Notes: generated by a model from the letters alone, not told the origin. A stretch of 64,000 nucleotides of DNA from an uncultured Desulfobacterales bacterium (GCA_964573615.1 CAZNKD010000052.1:6220-70219), one strand, 5' to 3'; counted from the first letter of the stretch, positions 45,968 through 55,410 are shown. Program-made: numbers and translations.

Positions 45968-46063
45968 TCTCTTTCAACCTCTTTCGACCCTGTTCAAAAC
46001 AGCCTGCGATCCCTTTCCATTGCCGAATATCCAAAGCCTATCCTGGGCGGTACGGTACAACTC

Positions 46064-46615
46064 CTATATCTTTGCAAGGACCCCCTTGTTCACCTCTTCC
46101 ATCTTCCCTCTGCCCTCGAGGACCTCAACGAGCTTCAGGGCAAACTCCAGGGCCGTGCCAGGCCCCTGGCTGGTGATGATGAGCCCGTCCTGGCTGACCC
46201 GTTCCTGTGACAGGTTCGACTCCTTCACGGCCTCCTGGCATATGGGATGGCAGGTGATGGTGCAGCCCTTGGATAGCCCGTGGCGATCGAGCACCGTGGG
46301 GGCAGCGCATATCGCCCCGATATAGCGCCCCTCCTCGAGCTGCCGCTTCAGCATATCGACAACGGCAGGGGTGCCGGCAAGACGCTCGGTGCCATCGAGC
46401 CCGCCAGGCAGGACTATCAGGTCAAAGGCCTCATCCTTGATCCTGTCCAGGGTGGTATCGGGCACGATCTTAACATCACGTGCCGATGGCACAGGCCCCT
46501 CATCAAGGCCTGCCAGCAGGGCATCTATCCCTGCCCGCCTCAAGATATCCACCACTGCCACCGCTTCCAGCTCTTCATATCCAGGCGCAAGTAGAATTAC
46601 TGCTCTCTTTGCCAT
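46064..46615 (-). CDS. DJ-1/PfpI family protein (YajL/ThiJ-like)
   Basis: 183 aa. Nucleophile-elbow motif IGAICAAP, and GGLDG. Confidence 0.85.
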   Translation of the reverse strand: MAKRAVILLAPGYEELEAVAVVDILRRAGIDALLAGLDEGPVPSARDVKIVPDTTLDRIKDEAFDLIVLPGGLDGTERLAGTPAVVDMLKRQLEEGRYIGAICAAPTVLDRHGLSKGCTITCHPICQEAVKESNLSQERVSQDGLIITSQGPGTALEFALKLVEVLEGRGKMEEVNKGVLAKI

Positions 46616-46834
46616 TTGGACTCACCCCTTCCAACTGTTATCCAATCCCATCCGGCAGATCCTGACGCGGGACAAAAAAGGACCTTGGCACAAGATCCTT
46701 GAAAATCCCTTGGACTCCACCCTTTAATATGCATCAACATTGATTATCTTTGATAACTTACTACAAAAAAATCGATATTACCAACAGCCTGACACCGGCG
46801 ATCCTGTCCGATTGCCAAAGGCGACCAAGGATTT

Positions 46835-48295
46835 ATGGAAACAGCAAGAGAGAAGATAGATCAAAGCGGGGCAGAGACAAGCAGGCCCCTGCCACAGGTG
46901 GCCCTGATAGGAAGGCCCAATGTGGGCAAGTCCACCCTATTCAACCGCCTGACAGGGAGCAAAGCGGCCCTGGTGGACAACACCCCCGGCATTACAAGAG
47001 ACAGAAGGTATGGCACTGCAAGGAGGGCCCCCTGCCCTTTTACCCTCATAGATACAGGAGGGCTGAGCACCGGGCTGTCAGATGCGGATCAGATTGGACA
47101 CCAGGTCATGGAGCAGACCCACAGGGCCCTTGATGAGGCAGACCTGCTGGTAATCATCTTCGATGCCAGAGAAGGGCTCACGCCAGAGGACCAGGACGTC
47201 ATCGAGCTCCTGCGAAGGGCCAGGAAACCCTTCCTGGCCGTGGTGAACAAGGTGGAAGGAAAGAAGGCGGATGTTGCGATCGCAGAGTTCTACGAGACCG
47301 GCATCGAAGAGCTTCTGCCCATATCGGCCAAGACCGGCAAGGGCATAGCAGGCCTGCTCGAGCGGATCTGCGAGGAGCTCGAATCGAGCAAGATCCTCGC
47401 TCCGGGTGGTACCGCCATCCAGGCGACCGGCGAGGACTCCTCGAAAGAGGCCGAACAAAAAGCGGACATGGAGGCCACGGGGGCAGAGGGACCCAAGGAT
47501 CGGCCTATCCGTGTCTGCATCATAGGGAGGCCCAATGTGGGCAAGTCCTCTCTCCTGAACCGCATCATCGGTGAGCAACGCATGATAGTGGCCGATGTGC
47601 CAGGCACCACACGGGACAGCATAGACACGCTCCTTTCAAGAAAGAAGGGCCCCGACCTGATCCTGGTGGACACGGCAGGCATAAGACGCAGGTCCAGGGT
47701 GAGAGACAAGATAGAAAAGTTCAGCGTCTTGAAGGCCATCGAGGCGATAAAATCCTCTGATATAGCAGTGGTCGTGATGGATGCCACAGAAGGGATTACG
47801 GATCAGGACAAGCGTCTCATCGGCTATACCGCCCAGTATGGCAAGGGCTGTATCACGCTCTACAACAAGTGGGATCTAGTGAGGGACGACCCCGGTCTCA
47901 GGCGCCGGCTCAACAAGGAGGCAGAGGTCCTCAGGAAGGTGGTGCCCTATGCACCACATCTCAACATATCCGCCCTTTCAGGCAGCAATGTACAGAAACT
48001 TCTTCCATTGATAGATCGGGTCTTTGCCGATTTCTCCTTCAGGCAGTCGACAGGCAGGCTCAACAGGCTGCTCAAGGAGGCCCTCCTCCGCAGAAACCCT
48101 CCTGTTGTAAAGGGACACTTTCTGAAGATATATTACATGACCCAGACAGACGTGCATCCGCCCTGCTTCGTGCTCTTCTGCAACTATCCGGATCTCTTTC
48201 CAGAGCACTACCGGCGCTTTCTTGCAAACTTTTTCAGAAGGCAGTGCGGCATACCACACACCCCCATACGGATTATTTTCAGACAGAGCCACTAA
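46835..48295 (+). CDS. der: ribosome biogenesis GTPase Der (EngA), double GTPase domain plus KH-like domain
   Basis: Two P-loops (GRPNVGKSTLFN, GRPNVGKSSLLN), two DTAG/DTGG motifs, and a C-terminal KH-like domain. Confidence 0.9.
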   Translation: METAREKIDQSGAETSRPLPQVALIGRPNVGKSTLFNRLTGSKAALVDNTPGITRDRRYGTARRAPCPFTLIDTGGLSTGLSDADQIGHQVMEQTHRALDEADLLVIIFDAREGLTPEDQDVIELLRRARKPFLAVVNKVEGKKADVAIAEFYETGIEELLPISAKTGKGIAGLLERICEELESSKILAPGGTAIQATGEDSSKEAEQKADMEATGAEGPKDRPIRVCIIGRPNVGKSSLLNRIIGEQRMIVADVPGTTRDSIDTLLSRKKGPDLILVDTAGIRRRSRVRDKIEKFSVLKAIEAIKSSDIAVVVMDATEGITDQDKRLIGYTAQYGKGCITLYNKWDLVRDDPGLRRRLNKEAEVLRKVVPYAPHLNISALSGSNVQKLLPLIDRVFADFSFRQSTGRLNRLLKEALLRRNPPVVKGHFLKIYYMTQTDVHPPCFVLFCNYPDLFPEHYRRFLANFFRRQCGIPHTPIRIIFRQSH

Positions 48296-48328
48296 AAAAC
48301 AAAAAGATGAGGTAGAGACCAAGCCGAG

Positions 48329-48847
48329 ATGTCACAGATACTGAAGATCGATGGAAAACCGGTAGGCCTCATAGGGCTTCAGGGAGCAGCCGCCGACATC
48401 CGAAAGGAGATGGAGGAGAAAGGACTCGATCTGGAGCAAGGCGCAGGCCTCCTGCTGGACAGGATCTCCAGGCGCAACTATGTACCAGGATCCAAGAAGG
48501 CGGCCTATCTGTCTGCCCTGAGGCTCTACCTGAAGGGAGTGATGGAGGAGGGCGAGCCGGACAGTGCCGATGAAGATGCCTCATATGGATCAGGTGCCGA
48601 GGTCATAAGGATACTCGGCCCCGGCTGCATAGGGTGCAACCGCCTGGAGGAGCTGGTCATTTCGGTCATGTCCGAGCTGGGCCTTGCAGCTGACATCTAC
48701 CACGTCCGGGAACTCGATGAGATATGGAGGTTCGGGGTCACCAAGACCCCTGCCTTGGTCATAGGCGACAGGGTCCTGAGCGCAGGAAGGCTTCCAACCA
48801 GATTCCAGGTGGAACAGTGGATAAGGGAGCTGCTCCTAAGGGAGTGA
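48329..48847 (+). CDS. thioredoxin-fold protein (MTH895/redox-active-disulfide-protein-2-like C-domain) with an uncharacterised N-terminal domain
   Basis: C-terminal ~80 aa: IRILGPGCIGCNRLEE...TKTPALVIGDRVLSAGRLP (CxxC thioredoxin-like). I do not recognise the N-terminal ~90 aa. Confidence 0.6.
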   Translation: MSQILKIDGKPVGLIGLQGAAADIRKEMEEKGLDLEQGAGLLLDRISRRNYVPGSKKAAYLSALRLYLKGVMEEGEPDSADEDASYGSGAEVIRILGPGCIGCNRLEELVISVMSELGLAADIYHVRELDEIWRFGVTKTPALVIGDRVLSAGRLPTRFQVEQWIRELLLRE

Positions 48848-48926
48848 CTCTACGGGGAGGCCTCAGCGAACTTGACAGGGTCCTAGGACACAAGGTAAAT
48901 AGAGCGGGCACTTCAAATCAGACAGT

Positions 48927-49004
48927 GGTGGGCGTAGCTCAGTTGGTTAGAGCGTCGGGTTGTGGCCCCGGAGGCCGAGGGTTCAAATCCCTCCGCTCAC
49001 CCCA
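48927..49004 (+). tRNA. tRNA-His (anticodon GUG at 48962-48964), with encoded G-1 and CCA
   Basis: Hand-folded. An extra 5' G pairs with discriminator C73. Acceptor GTGGGCG/CGCTCAC, anticodon loop TTGTGGC, T-arm GAGGGTTCAAATCCCTC. Confidence 0.9.
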
Positions 49005-49018
49005 ATGAAATCAAGCAA

Positions 49019-49053
49019 GGGGGTTACGAAGAGTGCTTCGCGACCCCCTTTTT
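49019..49053 (+). terminator. Rho-independent terminator after tRNA-His
   Basis: GGGGGT...(inner CGAAG/CTTCG)...ACCCCC followed by TTTTT. Confidence 0.7.
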
Positions 49054-49160
49054 AATTTTCCTGCCCTATTCCTACTTTTTTCTTTTTCGCTCCTGCCTCC
49101 CATCTTCCTGCCCATCTTCCTGACAGAATAGATCCATCCAGGGATCTCACGACACGCCAC

Positions 49161-49190
49161 AAAAAAGCCCGGCTCTTTGATGAGCCGGGC
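49161..49190 (-). terminator. Rho-independent terminator on the minus strand, about 130 nt downstream of dtd
   Basis: Minus strand reads GCCCGGCTC, ATCAAA, GAGCCGGGC, followed by TTTTTT. Confidence 0.6.
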
Positions 49191-49318
49191 CCACGGCACC
49201 GCGTACATGATGGAGGTGATGTCGTCGCCCTGGCCGAGCCAGACAACTCACGGTGCCTCCCTGTTGTACTACACTTGTCGGCAATCTCACCCAAAAGAGT
49301 TAATGGGTGCGAAGCGGC
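49191..49318 (-). ncRNA. structured ~130-nt RNA segment between the dtd stop and the terminator (3' UTR element or processed sRNA)
   Basis: Minus-strand hairpin CACCCA, N9, UGGGUG. Nested stems GGCACCG/CGGUGCC (7 bp), GUUGUC/GACGAC, and CUGGC-UCG-GCCAG. Hand-folded only. Confidence 0.25.
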
Positions 49319-49768
49319 TCAAAACCCCCGAAAGCTGTCGAGCAGGAGGGTTACAGGCCCATCGTTTACAAGGCTTACCTTCATGTCGGCCTGAAAGACC
49401 CCCTTTTCCACAGGCACACCCTGTGCCTCTATCTGGGTGCAGACCAGCTCATAGAGCCGGTTTGCCTTGTCTGGCCCGGCAGCATGGGAAAACGAGGGGC
49501 GCCTTCCCTTCCGGCAGTCTCCGTAGAGGGTAAACTGTGACACCATGAGGATGCCGCCCCCCACATCCTTCAAAGACAGATTCATCTTGCCGGCCTCATC
49601 GGGAAACACCCTCAGATTGACACACTTGTCTGCGATATAGGCGGCATCCTTCTCTGTATCATCTTCATGTACCCCCAGGAGCACCAGGGCCCCCAGACCT
49701 ATGGCCCCTACCACCTTGCCCTCGACCCTCACCTCTGCACTGGAGACCCGTTGCCAGACAGCCCTCAT
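49319..49768 (-). CDS. dtd: D-aminoacyl-tRNA deacylase
   Basis: [33 protein letters not shown]... and SQFTLYGD motifs. AGGAGG RBS 8 nt upstream. Confidence 0.9.
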   Translation of the reverse strand: MRAVWQRVSSAEVRVEGKVVGAIGLGALVLLGVHEDDTEKDAAYIADKCVNLRVFPDEAGKMNLSLKDVGGGILMVSQFTLYGDCRKGRRPSFSHAAGPDKANRLYELVCTQIEAQGVPVEKGVFQADMKVSLVNDGPVTLLLDSFRGF

Positions 49769-50058
49769 TAAACATCACCTCCTGCTCTACCCAATCTATC
49801 CGTCTCAACGTTTGTATCATGCCGGCAACCAGCACCTTTTATGAGGCCTTGCGATTTCCCTAAAAACAAGGGTAGTGCCCGGCCGATCCACGTTGAGATG
49901 GCAGCGATGAACCATTTAAGATTAGTGATTGGCGGCCAAAAACTCAAACAACATCTCTTTGGATCGACATCCTTCCCAAGGGCATGGCCTGGGAGAAAAT
50001 ATCCCCCACTCACCCCGGACCCTTGTACTTTCACCTGCTGCCTTTTATTCTACGGGCC

Positions 50059-51627
50059 ATGAATTCGGAGCTGATCATAAACGTGGCCCCGTGGGAGACC
50101 AGGGTTGCGCTCCTTGAAAACGGCTCTGCCGTGGAATTTCATGTAGAGCGCCCGGGCAGGCCAGGCCACGTGGGCAACATATACAAGGGCCGGGTGGTAC
50201 GGGTGCTTCCGGGCATGCAGGCGGCATTCGTGGACATCGGCCTTGAGCGCACCGCCTTTCTGTATGTCACAGACGTCTACGACCACCTGTCGGAATTCGA
50301 GCTCATGCTCGGAAGGACCGAGTGCAGCGAGGAGCGGGACGACTTCGAATGTCCCCACGACGAGGAGCCGGAATCACTCCACTACACACAGCCCCCCTTC
50401 CACATAGAGGACCTCCTGCATGAGGGGCAGGAGATCCTGGTCCAGGTCTCAAAGGAGCCCGTAGGCAGCAAGGGGGCCAGGGTGACCTCGCACATCTCTC
50501 TTGCAGGAAGGCACCTGGTCCTCATGCCCACCATGAACCATGTGGGCATCTCAAGGCGCATAGAGGACGAGGCCGAAAGGACCAGGCTCAAGGAGCTGAT
50601 AGACGAGATGCGCCCCAAAGGCATGGGCTTCATCGCCCGGACCGCCAGCGAGGGTATAAGCCGAGAGCATCTCATGGCAGAGATGGACTTCCTGCAGGCC
50701 CTATGGGAGAACATCCAGAGCCAGAGCACCAATATGCCCATTCCAAGCCTGGTCTATGAGGATCTCGACATCACCCTCAGGGCCGTGAGGGATCTATTCT
50801 CCGGGGATGTCCAGCGCCTTGTGGTGGACTCCCGCCCCGCCTATGAGCGCATACTCAAGTTTCTCGAGACCTTTGCAGCAAACCTGCGCCCCAAGGTGGA
50901 GCTCTATACCGAACCCCAACCCATATTCGATGCCTTCGGGATCGAGATAGAGATGAGCCGCGCCCTCGGCAAGAAGGTGTGGCTCAAGTCTGGTGGCTAC
51001 ATCGTGATCGAGAGCACCGAAGCGCTCACGGCCATAGATGTTAACACCGGCAAATACACGGGAAAGCGCAACCTGGAGGACACGATCCTCAAGACCAACC
51101 TGGAGGCGGCCAAGGAGATCGCCTACCAGCTGCGGCTCAGGAACATCGGCGGGCTCATCATCATCGACTTCATCGACATGGCGGATTCGGCCAGCAGGGA
51201 CGAGGTCTTCTACACCCTGAAAGAGGCCCTCAAGCGCGACAAGTGCAAGACCAACATCCTGCGCATGTCCGAGCTGGGCCTCATCCAGATGACCAGGAAG
51301 CGGAACAGGGAGAGCCTCAAAAGACTCCTGACAGAAAGGTGTTTCTACTGTGACGGAGCAGGCTTTCTCAAATCGAAGCAGACCATATGTTATGAGATAT
51401 TCCGCAAGATCAAGCGCGATGCAGGCTCCTGGCCCATGGACGCCGTAGTGGTAGAGGTCAATCCCAAGATAGGCGACATGCTCCTGAAGGAGGAATCCTC
51501 CTTCGTGGAGATGATCGAACGTGATATAGGCAAGGAGATCGTGATAGAGCCCAGGCCCGAGCTGCATCTGGAACAGTTCAAGATAAGCTATGTCAATCTC
51601 AACAAGGACAGGAGCACCAAGGAGTAG
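50059..51627 (+). CDS. rng: ribonuclease G/E family endoribonuclease (Rng/CafA-like)
   Basis: Start moved to the ATG at 50059 (MNSELIINVAPWETRVALLENG). S1 domain (GNIYKGRVVRVLPGMQAAFVDIG), the RNase E/G catalytic core (TEALTAIDVNTGK), and a CxxC Zn-link. Confidence 0.85.
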   Translation: MNSELIINVAPWETRVALLENGSAVEFHVERPGRPGHVGNIYKGRVVRVLPGMQAAFVDIGLERTAFLYVTDVYDHLSEFELMLGRTECSEERDDFECPHDEEPESLHYTQPPFHIEDLLHEGQEILVQVSKEPVGSKGARVTSHISLAGRHLVLMPTMNHVGISRRIEDEAERTRLKELIDEMRPKGMGFIARTASEGISREHLMAEMDFLQALWENIQSQSTNMPIPSLVYEDLDITLRAVRDLFSGDVQRLVVDSRPAYERILKFLETFAANLRPKVELYTEPQPIFDAFGIEIEMSRALGKKVWLKSGGYIVIESTEALTAIDVNTGKYTGKRNLEDTILKTNLEAAKEIAYQLRLRNIGGLIIIDFIDMADSASRDEVFYTLKEALKRDKCKTNILRMSELGLIQMTRKRNRESLKRLLTERCFYCDGAGFLKSKQTICYEIFRKIKRDAGSWPMDAVVVEVNPKIGDMLLKEESSFVEMIERDIGKEIVIEPRPELHLEQFKISYVNLNKDRSTKE

Positions 51628-51629
51628 CC

Positions 51630-52676
51630 ATGTTTAGACCTGAAGCGCGGGCGACCCTGATCGGAAGCCTCCCTCTCAAGGACCATCGAGAGGCCACGGA
51701 AATGATATTCAGCTACATGAGGGAGATCCCCCTCTGGGCCCAGCTGCCGTGCTATGAGGACGAGCGGCTCCTTAGCCAGTTCGCCGAGGGCTTGCCGGGG
51801 ATCAGGAAGGATGGCGACAGGCTCTACTTCGATACCGCATCCGCCGAGTTCGAGGCAGAGCTCCTGGCCTTCTTCGAAGACTATCTTGCCGTCACAGAGG
51901 GCGCAGCCCCCCTCGAAGGCTCGAGATTCGCCTTTTCCGAAAGGACCAGCAGGGGCTTTTCCGAGTTTCTCAGGATGGCCGAAGAAAGACGGGGCACCTA
52001 TTTCGCCCTCAAGGGCCAGGTGACAGGCCCCTTCACCATGCTGACAGGGCTCAAGGATCAGGAGGGCAAGCTGGCCATATTCAATCCCATGCTCAAGGAT
52101 GCCGTCACCAAGGCCATGGCCATGAAGGGCAGATACCAGGTGGAGCAGATGCGGCGCTATGCCGATATCGCCATCGTCTTCCTGGACGAGCCCGCCCTTG
52201 CAGGTTTTGGCTCCTCTGCCATGGTGGGCATCACCAAGGAGGAGGCCACCCAGATCCTCTCAGAGGCCGTGGCCGGAATAAAGGATGCCGGTGGCATATG
52301 CGGCATCCATGTGTGTGCCAATACGGACTGGCCCGTGGTACTCGAAAGCGGCCTCGATGTGCTGAGCTTCGATGCCTATGGCTTCTTCGACAAGATCATC
52401 CTCTACAGGGAGCAGCTCCAGGACTTTCTGCGATCTGGAGGCACCATTGCCTGGGGCCTCATTCCCACCCTGAACCAGGATGACCTCGAGCGCGAGGATG
52501 CAGACTCCCTATTGGACAGATGGCAGGAGTGCACGGCCAGGCTCGATCTGCCCCTTGAGACCATAAAGGCCCAGGCCATCATCACCCCCAGCTGTGGCAC
52601 CGGGCTGCTGCCGCGGAAGCTTGCGGAAAAGGCCTTGGCCCTTACGGCAAGGCTTTCAGAATCTATTCGGAAGTAG
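51630..52676 (+). CDS. MetE-like (cobalamin-independent methionine synthase C-terminal/UROD-fold) protein, candidate core methionine synthase
   Basis: 348 aa, single (beta-alpha)8-like domain. GIHVCAN (His-x-Cys) and ITPSCGTG (Cys) are spaced as in MetE zinc ligands. Assignment is from remembered motifs only. Confidence 0.55.
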   Translation: MFRPEARATLIGSLPLKDHREATEMIFSYMREIPLWAQLPCYEDERLLSQFAEGLPGIRKDGDRLYFDTASAEFEAELLAFFEDYLAVTEGAAPLEGSRFAFSERTSRGFSEFLRMAEERRGTYFALKGQVTGPFTMLTGLKDQEGKLAIFNPMLKDAVTKAMAMKGRYQVEQMRRYADIAIVFLDEPALAGFGSSAMVGITKEEATQILSEAVAGIKDAGGICGIHVCANTDWPVVLESGLDVLSFDAYGFFDKIILYREQLQDFLRSGGTIAWGLIPTLNQDDLEREDADSLLDRWQECTARLDLPLETIKAQAIITPSCGTGLLPRKLAEKALALTARLSESIRK

Positions 52677-52682
52677 GAAGAG

Positions 52683-53384
52683 ATGAGATACAAACAGAAA
52701 GGGGATCAGAAACTCGCTCGGGAGCTGATCGCACAGGAGCTCACGATCCTTGCCGGCATCATTGCCGACGGGGATGTGGGCACACTGGACAATGAGATCG
52801 CCCTGGAGGATCAGGGGCGAATCAAGTGGGAAAACCGGGTGAAGGATGGAAAGTTCACTGCGGAGTTCAGGATAGAGATACCTCTGGCCACTGAGGTGGA
52901 GGACCTGGAGACCAGATTCTCTGCAGGCCCGCCCGAGGCAGACGAGGATGAGGGTGAAGAAGAGGCCGGCCGGGGCAGGACAAAGGCGGGGCGGGATCAG
53001 CGCCGCACCAAAGATGCCAACAGGGGCCAGGCCGGGAAGAAGAGGCGCAAGAAACGGGGCACCAAGGGGAAGAACGGGGCTAAAAACAGCAGGCCATACA
53101 GGGCCAAGAAGATCAAAAAGGCCATGGGCGGGCTCTGGAAGGAGCTATCCAGGGCGGTCAAGTCGGGGGACAAGTTTCCGCCGGACAGTTCGGTCAAGCT
53201 CTTCGATCTCATAAACCAGTACCGGCAGCTTGCAGATCCGGAGTGGAAGGAGCAGTGGGAGGAGTGCGCAAGGGCCGTAAAGGATGCGGTCTCGGCACTT
53301 AAGGCAGGCCGCATCGAGGATGCCTCTGCGGCCATAGAGCGGGCCAACCGGCTGACCAAGGCCTGCCACAAACAGTACAAATAG
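52683..53384 (+). CDS. amphi-Trp-like N-domain, polybasic linker and XXXCH-type C-terminal domain protein (as in GAK-system XXXCH proteins)
   Basis: 233 aa. Acidic beta-rich N-domain (LARELIAQELTILAGII...KFTAEFRIEIPL). A 70-aa Lys/Arg/Gly linker (KKRRKKRGTKGKNGAKN...). A helical C-domain ending ...RLTKACHKQYK (CH five residues from the end). Confidence 0.45.
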   Translation: MRYKQKGDQKLARELIAQELTILAGIIADGDVGTLDNEIALEDQGRIKWENRVKDGKFTAEFRIEIPLATEVEDLETRFSAGPPEADEDEGEEEAGRGRTKAGRDQRRTKDANRGQAGKKRRKKRGTKGKNGAKNSRPYRAKKIKKAMGGLWKELSRAVKSGDKFPPDSSVKLFDLINQYRQLADPEWKEQWEECARAVKDAVSALKAGRIEDASAAIERANRLTKACHKQYK

Positions 53385-53496
53385 GCGGCCCCATTTGACT
53401 ACAAGGGCAAAAGCGGATAATTATCCAGATCGACGGCAAAAGGCACCTGTCCAAACACGATTTTTCACATAACAAAATCAACAGGGAGGTTTTATC

Positions 53497-54438
53497 ATGG
53501 CATGTGGCACCAGGGGTTGTAGGACCAAGAAAGGAGCGGCAAAGAAGGGAGCAAAGAAGAAGGAGATAAAGGGTGCAATAGTCGCTATCGTGACCCCGTT
53601 CAAGGATGGCAAGGTGGATGAAGAGGGGCTCAAGAACCTCATCGACTGGCACATCAAGAGCGGCACCCACTGCATAGTCCCTTGCGGCACCACCGGCGAG
53701 TCCGCAACCCTCAGCCACGAAGAGCACATGAGGGTGGTGGAGCTCACAGTGGAGCATGTCAATGGCAGGGTGCCGGTCATTGCGGGGACCGGCTCCAACT
53801 CCACGGAAGAGACCATAATGCTCACCAAACACGCCAAGAAGGCAGGGGCAGATGCCGCTCTCGTTATCACGCCCTACTACAACAAGCCGAGCCAGGAGGG
53901 GCTGTTTCAGCACTTCGAGGCAGTGGCCAAGGCGTGCAAGTTCCCCATGATCCTCTACAACGTGCCAGGCCGCACAGGGGTCAACATGCTCCCCCAGACC
54001 GTGGCCAGGTGTGCCAAGAACCGCTGGGTGGTGGGGATCAAGGAGGCCACCGGCAGCCTCAAACAGGTCTCCGATGTGGTCAGGCTCTGTCCCAGGAACT
54101 TCATCGTCCTGTCCGGGGACGACTTCACCGCCTTTCCCACCATGGCAGTGGGGGGCAAAGGGGTCATCTCCGTTGCATCAAACGTCATGCCCAAACAGAT
54201 GGCCCAGATGATGAACTACTTCTTCAAGGGTGACCTGGAGAAGGCAAAGAGACTCCACCACAAGCTCTCGCCACTCTTTGCAGCCCTGTTCATAGAGACC
54301 AATCCCGTACCGGCAAAGACCGCCCTCAAGATGATGGGCATCATAGACTCCGATGAGGTGAGGCTCCCCCTATGCGCCATGAGCGAGGCCAACAGGGAGA
54401 AGCTCGCCCAGGTACTCAAGGACCTGAAACTCATCTGA
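53497..54438 (+). CDS. dapA: 4-hydroxy-tetrahydrodipicolinate synthase, with an unusual 24-aa Cys/Lys-rich N-terminal extension
   Basis: GAIVAIVTPF, CGTTGES, and the YNVPGRTG context. A strong RBS GGGAGG lies 7 nt before the ATG at 53497. There is no in-frame ATG/GTG/TTG nearer the conserved core except one inside it. Confidence 0.9.
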   Translation: MACGTRGCRTKKGAAKKGAKKKEIKGAIVAIVTPFKDGKVDEEGLKNLIDWHIKSGTHCIVPCGTTGESATLSHEEHMRVVELTVEHVNGRVPVIAGTGSNSTEETIMLTKHAKKAGADAALVITPYYNKPSQEGLFQHFEAVAKACKFPMILYNVPGRTGVNMLPQTVARCAKNRWVVGIKEATGSLKQVSDVVRLCPRNFIVLSGDDFTAFPTMAVGGKGVISVASNVMPKQMAQMMNYFFKGDLEKAKRLHHKLSPLFAALFIETNPVPAKTALKMMGIIDSDEVRLPLCAMSEANREKLAQVLKDLKLI

Positions 54439-54464
54439 TCCGCAAAAAGGAAAGAGAATCCACC

Positions 54465-54500
54465 GCCCCTGCTCGTCCCCCTCGGACAGCAGGGGCTTTT
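54465..54500 (+). terminator. hairpin plus T-run between dapA and dapB (terminator or attenuator)
   Basis: GCCCCTGCT, N14, AGCAGGGGC, followed by TTTT. Confidence 0.5.
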
Positions 54501-54609
54501 AGAACCAGGAGACTTCAGCCCCTTGCCTTGATGCCGCCTGAAGCGATGATGGCACTGCTGGCAAAGGGGGCTCAGACATTGAACTCTTTAGAAACAGAGG
54601 TGATCGGCC

Positions 54610-55410
54610 ATGATAAAGGCAATAGTAGCTGGCGCTGGCGGCCGTATGGGAGGCCGCATAATCGCCATGATAAACGAGACGGAAGGGATCGAGCTTTCAG
54701 CCGCCTTCGAGCATCCGGACAGCCCGGCAGTCGGCAAGGATGCAGGAGAGGTGGCCGGAGTAGGCACCCTTGGTGTGACCATCCAGGACTCCATAGACAA
54801 GGTGATCGACCAGGGGGATGTGATAATAGACTTCACCTTTCACGAGGCCACGATCAAGCATGCCGAAAAGGCTGCAGAGGCGGCAAGGGCCATGGTGATC
54901 GGCACCACAGGTTTTTCAAACGAGGAGAAGGCCAGGATAGAGGAGCTGTCGGCCAAGTTCCCCTGCGTGCTGGCCCCCAACATGAGTGTGGGCGTAAATC
55001 TCCTCTACAAGCTCCTCGAGACAACGGCCCGGGTCCTTGGAGACGACTATGACGTGGAGATCGTGGAGGCACACCACCGCATGAAGAAGGATGCCCCGAG
55101 CGGTACCGCACTTCAGCTCGGCAGGGTGGTTGCCAAGGCACTTGGCAGGGACTTCGACGAGGTGGCAGTCTATGAGCGTCACGGCATGATCGGAGAGCGC
55201 TCAAAACAGGAGATAGGCATCCAGACCATAAGGGGTGGCGACATAGTAGGCGAGCATACGGTGTTCTTCTGCGGCATAGGCGAGAGGATAGAGATCACCC
55301 ACAAGGCATCGAGCCGCGACACCTTTGCCAAGGGTGCTGTCAGGGCGGCCAAGTGGGTGGCCGACAAGGGCCCTGGATTCTATTCCATGCAGGATGTACT
55401 GGGGCTCTAG
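54610..55410 (+). CDS. dapB: 4-hydroxy-tetrahydrodipicolinate reductase
   Basis: IKAIVAGAGGRMG Rossmann motif and EAHHRMKKDAPSGTA catalytic motif. Confidence 0.9.
   Translation: MIKAIVAGAGGRMGGRIIAMINETEGIELSAAFEHPDSPAVGKDAGEVAGVGTLGVTIQDSIDKVIDQGDVIIDFTFHEATIKHAEKAAEAARAMVIGTTGFSNEEKARIEELSAKFPCVLAPNMSVGVNLLYKLLETTARVLGDDYDVEIVEAHHRMKKDAPSGTALQLGRVVAKALGRDFDEVAVYERHGMIGERSKQEIGIQTIRGGDIVGEHTVFFCGIGERIEITHKASSRDTFAKGAVRAAKWVADKGPGFYSMQDVLGL

Noticed and set aside
49768-50034. 88-aa minus-strand ORF whose stop overlaps the dtd start (TAATG).
   Set aside because: It has a GTG start without an RBS and an implausible composition. dtd has its own AGGAGG RBS, and the region is better explained as the divergent dtd/rng promoter region.
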